Below are positions 1 to 8,230 of a stretch of DNA of 13,404 nucleotides, piece after piece. The notes under the pieces are model-generated. The model did no database searches. It was not told the origin of the DNA and saw only the letters and a program-made list of their open reading frames with translations. The DNA is from an uncultured Myxococcales bacterium. GTDB lineage: Bacteria; Myxococcota; UBA4151. Numbering within the stretch: position 1 is the stretch's first letter; the number at the start of each line of letters is the position of its first letter. The translations under genes were made by a program, and so were the position numbers. The DNA lies in NCBI GenBank assembly GCA_964013405.1, contig CAXGWI010000100.1:1-13404 (forward strand), in the 5' to 3' direction.

Positions 1-193
1 CCTCAGGCTTCGTTGGCTCCACCGGCGACAGATTAAGGGCCAAATCGCTCCGTTCTATCGTTGGAATCGAAACTGTTGGGGACTTGGCGGCTGACCCATC
101 AGGGTCACTGCCGGCGGTCAAATCAGCGCCGCAAGAAGCACAGGACTCCGCTCCAGTCCCATACGCAGTCCCACAATGACCACAGTAAGGCAT
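1..193 (-). CDS. Zinc-ribbon domain protein, N-terminal part (runs off the left edge; not in ORF track)
   Basis: ATG at 193 with AAGGAG RBS (200-205, minus). Manual translation is open to the edge: MPYCGHCGTAYGTGAESCASCGADLTAGSDPDGSAAKSPTVSIPTIERSDLALNLSPVEPTKPE. CxxCG-x9-CxxCG zinc-ribbon pattern; 13 of the first 27 aa are identical to the 6635-6913 protein. Confidence 0.85.
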   Translation of the reverse strand, partial: MPYCGHCGTAYGTGAESCASCGADLTAGSDPDGSAAKSPTVSIPTIERSDLALNLSPVEPTKPE

Positions 194-355
194 ATTTCAC
201 TCCTTCAGGTTTGACTTGTTGCCAGTGCCGAAAGCTAACTCTTTTTTCGCTGGGTGCACACCTGTGGAGGAAATTCCAGACGCTACACTTACCCAAAAAT
301 CCTGAAGACCTGCTTCCATCCCCCTCGGTTGACCTACCGGTCGATAGAACGGCTC

Positions 356-472
356 CTAATTGGACGTCACCTCACGAGCGATTCGGCGCCTGGCGAAGCG
401 CCCCCAGCCCAGCAAGGCCAACATCAGTAGCCAACCACCGCCAAGGTGGTCCTTCGAATGACAACCACAGCC
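356..472 (-). other. MYXO-CTERM-type C-terminal sorting signal
   Basis: GCGCHSKDHLGGGWLLMLALLGWGRFARRR: Cys motif, transmembrane segment and basic cluster. Confidence 0.8.
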
Positions 473-2686
473 GCTGACTGGCCCTGGCTTGAGCGGCGCC
501 CCATGACCAACATCTGCCACATGGCCGGAATCTGGCACCGACGGTATTCCCCCCTCAATTCCAACATCGGGGGCCAACGCACCGCTGTCCTGAACATCGG
601 CCACTGCGCTGCCTCCATCACTCAAGGCTCCCGTATCGGAGGACGGGCCGGCGTCGGTCTGGGAACAAAGGGCCGGCGTGGAGACACAGTCGACGCAAAC
701 GTGCGCGTCATGACAGCGGAGCCCTTCGGGGCAGAGCCCATCCTCATCACAGGAGGGACCACACCGATCGATCCGTTCAACGCACAGGCCGCCAGGCGGA
801 CAGTCTCGATCCTCAGAAGCGCAGCCCTCACGGGTACAAAAGCCGATCTCTTGGTCGAGCTGACGGGCGCAGAACATGGTCTCGTCCCCCTGGTGGGCGA
901 AGCACCCTCGGGACTCCCAGCACGGACCATAGGGATGACTCGGCCGCTCTTCACGCCAAAGGACTACGTTCTCGCCGCCCTCGAACTGTAAGTCCAAGCG
1001 GGGCATGTTACGCCCTTCGTCCCAAGCCAGGCTGAGGCCGCTCACCCCCGTCTCGAGAAAGCCTCCACCGGGGGCAACTCCTGTCACCGGGTCGATGGTG
1101 TTCACGTAAACCCGACCGCCATCAGCGGTGGTCCAACCACCGAGGACGGCGCCAGTCACCCGAAGGGCGAGCACGTAGGCATGACCTGTCGGGTCCCAGC
1201 CGAAGTAGAGACCAGCGTAAGCAGTCATCCTGCCGTTGATATCCACAACGGTATTACCGCTGAACCCCTCCGGGTTGATCAAGGGGCTGCGGCCGTTGTC
1301 CGAATCCCAAATAAAGTCGCCAAAAGGCGTGGCGACCGTGATCCTTTGATCGCGAGAATAGGCGCTCCCTCTCGAGAATGAGGTTTGCCCGTCAGCGGAC
1401 ATGCCACTGAGCCAAAAACCTCGGCTCCCGTTGCGACGGGTCAACATGGCGACCGCAACGAGGTCGATACCCTGATCCCCAGGCCGTGTGACCGTCGCCG
1501 TCGCGAAGGTTTCATAGGGTTCCTCACGATCGCGCACGTCAACCTGACCTAACGACAGGCTGTTGTTGCGAGGATCGTGGTCCGGTCCATTGGCCTCCAA
1601 ACGCAAGCGCAGGTCCCAGGTACCGATCGCCATGTCCTCGGGCAGCTGGGCCTGAACGTCCAGAGGCCGACGGAGACCCGCCTCGAAATCAGGACCTGTG
1701 CGGGCCATGCCGATCAGCTGCCAGGCTCCTTCCTCGGCCCCTGAGCGCCGCATTTCCACCCGTAACTCTGGCTGCTCACCGCCGGACCGGGCTGGGCCTG
1801 GATTGCTGATCATTGCAGCAATGGTTTGACGACGCCCCCGGAATGGGTGCTGCGTCTCCAACTCGGCATCCTCAAGAGCCAGGTCCATCTCCTCGAAAGG
1901 GCTGTGAAGGATCGGGACCTCAATGTTGTCGAGCCAGGGCCCCAAGGTCGCGCCCGCCCCATAGCTTTGGTGGGTGGCGAGCAACCAGAGCTCCCCAGCC
2001 CCTTGTTCGACAAGAACCGCCCCACCCGAGTCCCAACGGTTCACAGCACAAGGTGGTCCCCCGGGCCCTAGAGCCGGATAGCCGACAGCATTGGCCCACA
2101 CCACGATCAGGCGATTTTGGTCGCATAGGAGTAACTGGTTGCGGGGGCCTTCTTCCCGACCAGGGCCTTCTTGACCCCAACCAGCGTGAATATAGGGCTG
2201 CCCAGCCAACCCCCGATAGCCCAACTGCATCACCGGGATCGGCTCGATATGTGTGACCGGCTCCACCAGCCAGGCCAAGGCCATATCACCGCTGCCATGG
2301 AGAACTCGCTCCACGCGGGCATGATGGTAGGAGGATGCTCCAGCCTCCTTAGAGCCCAGACCACCATCGACCCGGCGACGAAACCGCACCGCATAATAAC
2401 CGGAGGGCCGGCCTTCGTCTGATAGATGTTTGGCTGTAGCCACTAAGTTCGGTGCGATAAGCGTCGCGCCACCGTACCAGTTGTGTTCGAAGGCCGGGTC
2501 CTCCCCTTGCCCGAGCCAGGCTGAATGTGACCAGGCCCCCACCGCATCGAAGCGGCGATCATTCTCAGCCGGGGGCTGACCGTTGACGATGGCGAAGGCC
2601 GGACTTGAGATGAAGAGAAGGCAGAGAAAAAGGAGCCCATGGATGGGCCAGCAATTCCCCTGATCACGGGGACTCGCTAGGGACAA
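356..2686 (-). CDS. Secreted trypsin-like (S1) serine protease with CARDB/Ig-like domain, Cys-rich region and C-terminal MYXO-CTERM sorting signal
   Basis: Signal peptide ending SPAFA followed by IVNG. Triad motifs GGATLIAPNLVATAKH, GDMALA and WDSGG. CARDB-like segment (DLALED...ISNPG...DHDPRNN), Cys-rich block, Asp/Gly/Pro linker, then GCGC + hydrophobic helix + RRR. Start is uncertain: TTG 2686 (GGAG 9 nt upstream) chosen; the frame is open to 2800 with ATGs at 2734 and 2770. Confidence 0.85.
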   Translation of the reverse strand: MSLASPRDQGNCWPIHGLLFLCLLFISSPAFAIVNGQPPAENDRRFDAVGAWSHSAWLGQGEDPAFEHNWYGGATLIAPNLVATAKHLSDEGRPSGYYAVRFRRRVDGGLGSKEAGASSYHHARVERVLHGSGDMALAWLVEPVTHIEPIPVMQLGYRGLAGQPYIHAGWGQEGPGREEGPRNQLLLCDQNRLIVVWANAVGYPALGPGGPPCAVNRWDSGGAVLVEQGAGELWLLATHQSYGAGATLGPWLDNIEVPILHSPFEEMDLALEDAELETQHPFRGRRQTIAAMISNPGPARSGGEQPELRVEMRRSGAEEGAWQLIGMARTGPDFEAGLRRPLDVQAQLPEDMAIGTWDLRLRLEANGPDHDPRNNSLSLGQVDVRDREEPYETFATATVTRPGDQGIDLVAVAMLTRRNGSRGFWLSGMSADGQTSFSRGSAYSRDQRITVATPFGDFIWDSDNGRSPLINPEGFSGNTVVDINGRMTAYAGLYFGWDPTGHAYVLALRVTGAVLGGWTTADGGRVYVNTIDPVTGVAPGGGFLETGVSGLSLAWDEGRNMPRLDLQFEGGENVVLWREERPSHPYGPCWESRGCFAHQGDETMFCARQLDQEIGFCTREGCASEDRDCPPGGLCVERIDRCGPSCDEDGLCPEGLRCHDAHVCVDCVSTPALCSQTDAGPSSDTGALSDGGSAVADVQDSGALAPDVGIEGGIPSVPDSGHVADVGHGAPLKPGPVSGCGCHSKDHLGGGWLLMLALLGWGRFARRRIAREVTSN

Positions 2687-2728
2687 TACGCCTGACTCCA
2701 ACCCATACGATCGGTCAGCAGCGAGCTT

Positions 2729-2766
2729 GCCCATGGACTTGAAGAAGCCACCAGATGGAAAAGCGC
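2729..2766. repeat. Dispersed 38-bp element, copy A
   Basis: gcccatggacttgaagaagccaccagatggaaaagcgc; 34/38 identical to 8351-8388, same orientation. Confidence 0.85.
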
Positions 2767-2803
2767 TCATCAGCCCCACCCCGTCACGAATCAACCGCAA
2801 CGA

Positions 2804-5431
2804 CTACCGCCCATAGGACCAATTGAAGAGTACCTCGCGGGGAAATGGAACCATGAGATCCACCATCCCCGTCCCGGTTTCACCGTAGGTGTTGCCCCCC
2901 CAGCAGGAGATCCGCTGATCTTGGTGCCGTACACAGGACGTGTACACCCCCGCACTGATCTCGCGGGCGTCATTGATCCGCCCCAGGATTCGAGGGAAAT
3001 CTTCGTCACCCTGCCGGCCAAGCCCAAGTTGATGCTGATGGCCGCGCCCCCAGCACGCTACTCTGCCGCTGCCCAAGGCAGCACAGCTATGATAACTGCC
3101 GGCGGCAATATCGATCACATCGGGTAGGTTCACTCGCTGGGGATCCGCGGAACACGGTTCATCGTGTCTTGGATTGCAGGCTCCCACCGGGTTGCCCAGT
3201 TGCCCGTAAGCATTGCCGCCCCAACAATACAGCTCACCGTTGACCAACAAGGCACAGGTATGATCGCCTCCCACCGAGAAATCCAAAACCGAGCCGTCTA
3301 AATCGACAGGAATCCTCACTTGTCGAACACAGTTATCCTCGCCCAAGCCCGCTCCCTCCACGGCCCCCGCTGGGCATAATACGTCGCCATCCTGGGGCTG
3401 GATGCCTGTCTGCCCGGAGCCGTTGCGCCCCCAACAATAAAGGCGGCGACTGGCTGTCAACGCGCAGATCGTGAAGCGATTCGCCGTGCCCTCCATGTAG
3501 AGTACGGCATCATTTGGATCCGGCATGTCGACGGCGAGCGGCGTGTTCTGGATCGTGTTGATCATTGCGATCGGTGTATTGTTCCCACTGAGACCATAAG
3601 ACGTATCGCCCCAACTGTAGATGACCCCCTCGCGCAAGGCGAAGAGCGTGCGTGCCACCACCGCGATCCCATCCACTTCAGGCAAGGCATCGGGCTGGAC
3701 GTAACGGGGATAGTTAACACAACGGACATCCGGGTCCTGTATACAGTCCACCTCACTGCCGTTAATACCCGCACCGTAGTTGTTGGCGCCGAAGCAGAGG
3801 GGCTCATTTCGAATGTTCGTAAAACAGACGATCCCGTTGCCCAAGGACATGCTCTTAATTCCATCGTCAAACAAAGGCGTTCGGATGGGCTGGCGGGAGC
3901 ACAGTTCATCGCCATCCACACCACAACTGTAGCCGACACCTGAGCGGGGGGGACCAAGGATGAGCCAACCGCCGAAACCTGTGCACCAGGGCACCCCTTC
4001 CTGCCGGTAGCAGGTGTTGTCCCAACCATTGACAAGGGAGCGCCGCCATTCGCAGTCATAGCGACAGGCAAAAGTCCCAATCATTGGATCGGCCGGATCA
4101 CAGGATTCATGGGCCTCGACGACGCCATTGCCGCAGCTGGTCTGAATCCCAATTCGATAACTGCCGTCCTCAACCCCAGCACCAGCCATGAGCACGAGAA
4201 AGACCACTTCATTGGCCTCCAAGGTCACTTCCAAAGAGGCGGTGGGCGCCACGTCCCATTGGTCCAGTACCTGCCCCCCTTCGATCTGCAACTGAGCCCG
4301 TAAGTCCCGGGGGGAATCGCCCAGGGATTCAACGTGAAAGCGATACAACCCCGGAACGGGTGAAGACCAGCGCAGATAATCGTGATCCCAAATACTATGA
4401 ATGATCCCAGCACCACCCTCCTCTGAAAGTACACTGGCACTGCCCTGATCATCACCATGGTCATCGACTCGACACTGGACCGAGCAACCATCCATCGGGT
4501 CATCATTACCATCGTCACAGACCTCGTAGCCCTCGGCTCCCTCGTCTAGATCCGTTCTTTGAATCCCATCGCCGCATCGTGCCAGTTCGCATTCGCTGGT
4601 ACAGGCATCCTCGTCGATGGCGTTGCCGTCGTCGCAGGCTTCACCGGGCCCTTCGTCGCTGGCTACAAGCAAGAAGCCATCGCCGCAGGTCGCCAAGCTG
4701 CAGTCGCTCAAACAGTTGTCGACCTGTGACTCGTTGCCATCATCGCAGGCTTCGAATCCCGGCACACCCACCTCGAGATCTGCCCGGATGACCCCATCAC
4801 CGCAAACAGCCAGGGCGCAATCATTGCGACAACCGTCCAAGTCATTGTCGTTGCCATCATCGCAGGCCTCGCCCTCATGGACGACCCCATCGCCGCAACT
4901 GGAGAGGACGCAATTGGAACGGCAGCCATCGTTTTCCACCTCATTGCCATCGTCGCAGGCCTCATAGTCTTCGTGCCCCACAGCGAGATCCGTCCGCCGA
5001 ATGCCATCACCGCAGCGGTGCGGTGCGCAGTAACGGGTGCAGGCGTCAAAATCGTTGTCGTTGCCATCGTCGCAGATCTCAAAGCCGTCACTGCCTTCTT
5101 CGAGATCTCGGCGCTGCAGACCATCGCCACAGCGGGCCAGTTCACAACTGTTCGTGCAGGCGTCCCGGTCGTCGGTGTTGCCATCGTCACAGGCCTCAAA
5201 GCCCTCACTACCCGGCGGCAAGCCCTGCCGCTTAAAACCATCACCGCAACGGGCGACTTCGCAGTTATTGGTGCAGGCATCTAACTCGTAGACATTACCG
5301 TCATCACAAGCCTCGCCGGGGTTCACCTGACCGTCACCACAGCCCGGCTCGGCCGTCACCAACGCGGGCAGCGGCCCGCTGCAAGCGACCAGGGTGCTAA
5401 AAACGAGGACAACTCGGATACTGCGGCTCAT
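2804..5431 (-). CDS. Surface lipoprotein with myxobacterial cysteine-rich (DUF4215-type) repeats, PPC-like domain and RCC1-like beta-propeller (875 aa)
   Basis: ATG at 5431 with GGAG upstream. MSRSIRVVLVFSTLVAC lipobox (Cys17). Eight CGDG...E.CDDGN...C...C repeats, a DDHGD...DHDYLRW...GSYRI PPC-like domain, a ninth CGNG repeat, and RCC1 motifs (LYCWGRNGSGQTG, GGDHTCALLVNGELYCWGGNAYGQLG, AGSYHSCA). The ORF-track start at 5596 overlaps the divergent gene and is unlikely. Confidence 0.9.
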   Translation of the reverse strand: MSRSIRVVLVFSTLVACSGPLPALVTAEPGCGDGQVNPGEACDDGNVYELDACTNNCEVARCGDGFKRQGLPPGSEGFEACDDGNTDDRDACTNSCELARCGDGLQRRDLEEGSDGFEICDDGNDNDFDACTRYCAPHRCGDGIRRTDLAVGHEDYEACDDGNEVENDGCRSNCVLSSCGDGVVHEGEACDDGNDNDLDGCRNDCALAVCGDGVIRADLEVGVPGFEACDDGNESQVDNCLSDCSLATCGDGFLLVASDEGPGEACDDGNAIDEDACTSECELARCGDGIQRTDLDEGAEGYEVCDDGNDDPMDGCSVQCRVDDHGDDQGSASVLSEEGGAGIIHSIWDHDYLRWSSPVPGLYRFHVESLGDSPRDLRAQLQIEGGQVLDQWDVAPTASLEVTLEANEVVFLVLMAGAGVEDGSYRIGIQTSCGNGVVEAHESCDPADPMIGTFACRYDCEWRRSLVNGWDNTCYRQEGVPWCTGFGGWLILGPPRSGVGYSCGVDGDELCSRQPIRTPLFDDGIKSMSLGNGIVCFTNIRNEPLCFGANNYGAGINGSEVDCIQDPDVRCVNYPRYVQPDALPEVDGIAVVARTLFALREGVIYSWGDTSYGLSGNNTPIAMINTIQNTPLAVDMPDPNDAVLYMEGTANRFTICALTASRRLYCWGRNGSGQTGIQPQDGDVLCPAGAVEGAGLGEDNCVRQVRIPVDLDGSVLDFSVGGDHTCALLVNGELYCWGGNAYGQLGNPVGACNPRHDEPCSADPQRVNLPDVIDIAAGSYHSCAALGSGRVACWGRGHQHQLGLGRQGDEDFPRILGRINDAREISAGVYTSCVRHQDQRISCWGGNTYGETGTGMVDLMVPFPREVLFNWSYGR
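4472..5341 (-). repeat. Eight tandem coding Cys/Asp-rich CGDG-CDDGN repeats
   Basis: Counted in the translation; units of about 31-39 aa, with recurring gttgccatcgtcgcag-like DNA. Confidence 0.9.
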
Positions 5432-5585
5432 TGACGCTCTCCAAGAGGCTACTTTGAAGGCTGCAGTGGTCATGGTCAATCGTCGGCTTTGCTGTCGCCC
5501 CCCTTGGCCCCCCAACTCCACGGGCTCACCCTTTTCCAAAAGAGCCAAAAAACACCTATATGGTGGGTCATCAGGGAGCTTGCCC

Positions 5586-6011
5586 ATGACAACCATCAGT
5601 CGACTCTTCGCCCTGGCCGGGATCCTCTTTGTTGGGCTGCTGGACAGTTCGACCGCCCAAGCAAAATGTGAGATCTATCGGGGATCCTCCACCAGTTACA
5701 GCAAACTGGCGGCCAACGTACGGGGCGATAAAATCTACCGGGGCGCTTCCTCAAGCTACAGCAAGCTCATCGCGAACCTGCGGGGCGACAAGGTCTATCG
5801 GGGATCCTCGTCGAGCTACAGCAAGCTCATGGCCAACATTCGCAGCAGCAAAATCTACCGCGGGTCCTCCTCGAGTTACAGCAAGCTCATCGCCAATGTG
5901 CGCGGGACCAAAATCTACGAGGGCGCCTCAAGCAGCTACAGCAAACTGCTGCTGAACGGTCCCCGTTGCAGCCCCCGAGAGCTCGCCTTTGCCGCAGGCG
6001 CTTTATTGTAG
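5586..6011 (+). CDS. Small secreted protein with five 20-aa repeats and a hydrophobic C-terminal helix (candidate beta-flower fold), 141 aa
   Basis: ATG at 5586 with GGGAG RBS. Signal peptide MTTISRLFALAGILFVGLLDSSTAQA. Repeats of KIYRGSSSSYSKLIANVRGD type, flanked by two Cys, ending PRELAFAAGALL. Many repeat differences are synonymous in this frame. Confidence 0.85.
   Translation: MTTISRLFALAGILFVGLLDSSTAQAKCEIYRGSSTSYSKLAANVRGDKIYRGASSSYSKLIANLRGDKVYRGSSSSYSKLMANIRSSKIYRGSSSSYSKLIANVRGTKIYEGASSSYSKLLLNGPRCSPRELAFAAGALL
5670..5948 (+). repeat. 60-bp coding tandem repeat, about 4.7 units
   Basis: Visible as near-identical consecutive 60-nt lines from 5701 to 5940 (gcaagctcat...agctaca). Confidence 0.95.
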
Positions 6012-6043
6012 CAAAATCGCTGCATAAACCCGAGTCGAGCGAC

Positions 6044-6634
6044 TTACCAGAGCGCCGGCAAAAGACGGAACCGAACTTGCTGAGCATAACGCTGGTACGC
6101 GTCCTCCCGCAGGAGTTCTCGTTCTTCCGCGTGAATGCGAAGGCATACCAAGGCTAACGTCAATGCAAAGGCCCCCACCATGAGCCAGTTCGAAAGGCTG
6201 AGACAGCAGCCAATCACCATCACCAACTCCCCCGCATACACCGGATGGCGAATCACACGATATGGGCCCCGAACGATGATCGACCGGATGGCCGGGAGAA
6301 TGGCGAAGCTTCGGCCAAGAAAGCAGAGTGAAACCACCGTGAACATCCCGCCAACTCCGAAAACGACCTGGGCGAGAAAGGACCAATGCTCGGGATCGGG
6401 AGCCAGTAAGAACACGCCGCCACCTACAATCACCCCGGGCAAGGCTGCAACACAGGCCAATTTAGAACCCCCTCGTTGCAAGGGCGCCCGAAACCAGACC
6501 AGAAACCCCACAATGAAGTGTAATGACGCTAAAACGATTCGAGCCATACTAAGGCCCTCCCAGAGCGTCAGCACACCCCAATGGACTAAGGTCAGACCCA
6601 GCAGAAAGTTAAAGGCTCGTTCGGTCCAGTGCAC
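6044..6634 (-). CDS. Isoprenylcysteine carboxyl methyltransferase / phospholipid methyltransferase (ICMT/PEMT) family membrane protein
   Basis: Several TM segments; family motifs LGRSFAI, GPYRVIRHPVYAG and RIHAEERELL...YQRYAQQVRFRLLP. GTG start directly abuts the TAA of the upstream gene. Confidence 0.9.
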   Translation of the reverse strand: MHWTERAFNFLLGLTLVHWGVLTLWEGLSMARIVLASLHFIVGFLVWFRAPLQRGGSKLACVAALPGVIVGGGVFLLAPDPEHWSFLAQVVFGVGGMFTVVSLCFLGRSFAILPAIRSIIVRGPYRVIRHPVYAGELVMVIGCCLSLSNWLMVGAFALTLALVCLRIHAEERELLREDAYQRYAQQVRFRLLPALW

Positions 6635-6913
6635 TTAGTAGATGATGAACCCCGCACCACTTCCGATGAGGAAGATATTAACGACGACCAGGATGCCCAA
6701 CCAAATCAGGCAACCGCCGGCCTGGCCGCAGCCCTCATTATCCTCCTGCTCGTTGGTCGCACCGCTCCCTACCGAGACCGGCTCCATCGCTCGATTTTCG
6801 ACCTCAAACTGGACCTGCTCCGAACTGCCGACCGCCTTCAGGTTGATCCCGCAATTGGCACACTGACTGGCTCCATCAGGATTGTCATTCCCGCATGCTG
6901 GACAATAAGACAT
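6635..6913 (-). CDS. Zinc-ribbon domain membrane protein (92 aa)
   Basis: GGAGG RBS. MSYCPACG...CANCG zinc ribbon, acidic linker, C-terminal TM helix (GCLIWLGILVVVNIFLIG). Confidence 0.85.
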   Translation of the reverse strand: MSYCPACGNDNPDGASQCANCGINLKAVGSSEQVQFEVENRAMEPVSVGSGATNEQEDNEGCGQAGGCLIWLGILVVVNIFLIGSGAGFIIY

Positions 6914-6983
6914 AGCTTGCCTCCAATTTCCCGTACTAGTTTAAGGTCCCGTCGGGCCTTTGACTAGGTGTCCTAGATTGTCG

Positions 6984-7000
6984 GGGCGGTGGAGCCGCCC
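6984..7000 (-). terminator. Short GC hairpin directly after the stop of the 7004-8230 gene
   Basis: gggcgg-tggag-ccgccc, 6-bp stem starting 3 nt past the stop. No U-tract, so terminator function is doubtful. Confidence 0.25.
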
Positions 7001-7003
7001 GGC

Positions 7004-8230
7004 CTACCAACTGTCGATCCGCCAAGTCCCCTGCACCTTCTTTAGGTAGATGCGCTCCACATCGTGGTATTTGCCGCCTTTGGTGGCAAGGCGGGACACC
7101 GCCAGTCGCTTGTCATCCCGCCAGAGCTCGACCAAACGGTCATGCTCCCCGGGGGTCATGGCGTGTAGGGGCAGTAGCTTCCAGGTGATGCCCTTGTCCC
7201 GTTCACGGGGACGCTCTCGGTCATAGGTGGAAAGGGCACTGCTTTGGCGCTCCTCCCGCCATTGCTTGGCGAAGGCGAGACGCTTGTTTGAGATCCAGGC
7301 CTTGATGGCTGCCCGGGTCACCTTCTGGGCCGAACGATAGGCTTTCAAATAGGCTTTACTGTCGGCGCCCAGTGTCCTTTTGGGCGGCTCGGGGCGTTCA
7401 AATCGAAGGGGGCGACTCGAGGGCACCACCCCCCGCTCCCGGGCCCGGGCCCGGATCTCTTTGACCCGCTCCAAATCCCTGCCGATCTCCCGATAGATGG
7501 CGATGCAGGCCACCAGGTGGGCTGTTTGATTGGCATCTTTTGCGAGGGCGATACGCTCCTCAAACGCACCGATCCCCCGGGCCACCTCGTATTTGAGGGC
7601 TTCGAGCTTGGGTGCCGCATCAAAGTCCAGCTCGGTGCGCACCAAATCGAGCACCACCCGCTTGCGGGAGGCCTGCGCGTCGAGCCGGGGATCCAGCGTG
7701 TTCGCCCGCAAACCGGCGAGGGCCGCCCGATAGGCCCGCCGGGAGAGGGAGTCTGGACCGGACGCGGCTTCCGGCAGCTCACCGGAGAAGAGCTGGCCCA
7801 CGGCGATTTGAATCGCTTCACTCGCCGCCTCTTCGGCCCCCTTCGCCTTGCCTGTCACCCGGCGCAAAACCTTGGCACCGTCCACTTGGATCAAGGTCAG
7901 CGAGGCATGGTAGGCCCGCCCCACCTTACTGATCTGGGCCGTCAGCAGGAGTTCTGCACCCAGCGCACCGGCGATATCGGTCATGCAGCTGGTGGCATCG
8001 CAGTCCGCTTTGGCCTTCGCCGCATCCAACTGCATCATCGCTTGAATATCGGCTTGGGTGATCAGGGAGACGCCCTGCACCCGGCTCAGTTCACTGTGCA
8101 ATGTGGGGGTGAGGGCTGCGGCGAGCCGAGCGCCCAAGCCACCCTCTGGCTTCAAGTCCATGGCGACGATCTGCGAGGCGAAGGCCGGCGACGCACAAAG
8201 AAAAAGGGCCAAACAGCCACTGCGAACCAT
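7004..8230 (-). CDS. Secreted protein with N-terminal CsgG/TolB-N-like alpha/beta domain of myxobacterial type and a basic helical C-terminal region of unknown function (408 aa)
   Basis: ATG at 8230 with GGAGG RBS. Signal peptide MVRSGCLALFLCASPAFA. Pattern IVAMDL...ELSR...LITQADIQAM...CDATSCMTDIAGALGAELLLTAQISKVG...LTLI is typical of the domain often found N-terminal to PEGA domains in myxobacteria. Confidence 0.75.
   Translation of the reverse strand: MVRSGCLALFLCASPAFASQIVAMDLKPEGGLGARLAAALTPTLHSELSRVQGVSLITQADIQAMMQLDAAKAKADCDATSCMTDIAGALGAELLLTAQISKVGRAYHASLTLIQVDGAKVLRRVTGKAKGAEEAASEAIQIAVGQLFSGELPEAASGPDSLSRRAYRAALAGLRANTLDPRLDAQASRKRVVLDLVRTELDFDAAPKLEALKYEVARGIGAFEERIALAKDANQTAHLVACIAIYREIGRDLERVKEIRARARERGVVPSSRPLRFERPEPPKRTLGADSKAYLKAYRSAQKVTRAAIKAWISNKRLAFAKQWREERQSSALSTYDRERPRERDKGITWKLLPLHAMTPGEHDRLVELWRDDKRLAVSRLATKGGKYHDVERIYLKKVQGTWRIDSW

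Noticed and set aside
61..477. 138-aa plus-strand ORF
   Set aside because: Antisense to the zinc-ribbon gene start and the protease C-terminus; no RBS or protein-like features.
4225..5291. Overlapping repetitive ORFs in other frames (MMATT, SLPSSQAS types), also at 11595-12546
   Set aside because: Frame-shifted or antisense shadows of the CGDG-CDDGN coding repeats.
5394..5596. ORF-track N-terminal extensions (5394 start on +, 5596 start on -)
   Set aside because: They overlap each other and precede good RBS plus signal-peptide starts at 5586 and 5431.
5670..5948. 60-bp periodicity as a CRISPR array
   Set aside because: Whole units are similar with no unique spacers, variation follows codon positions of an ORF with a signal peptide, and no cas genes are present.
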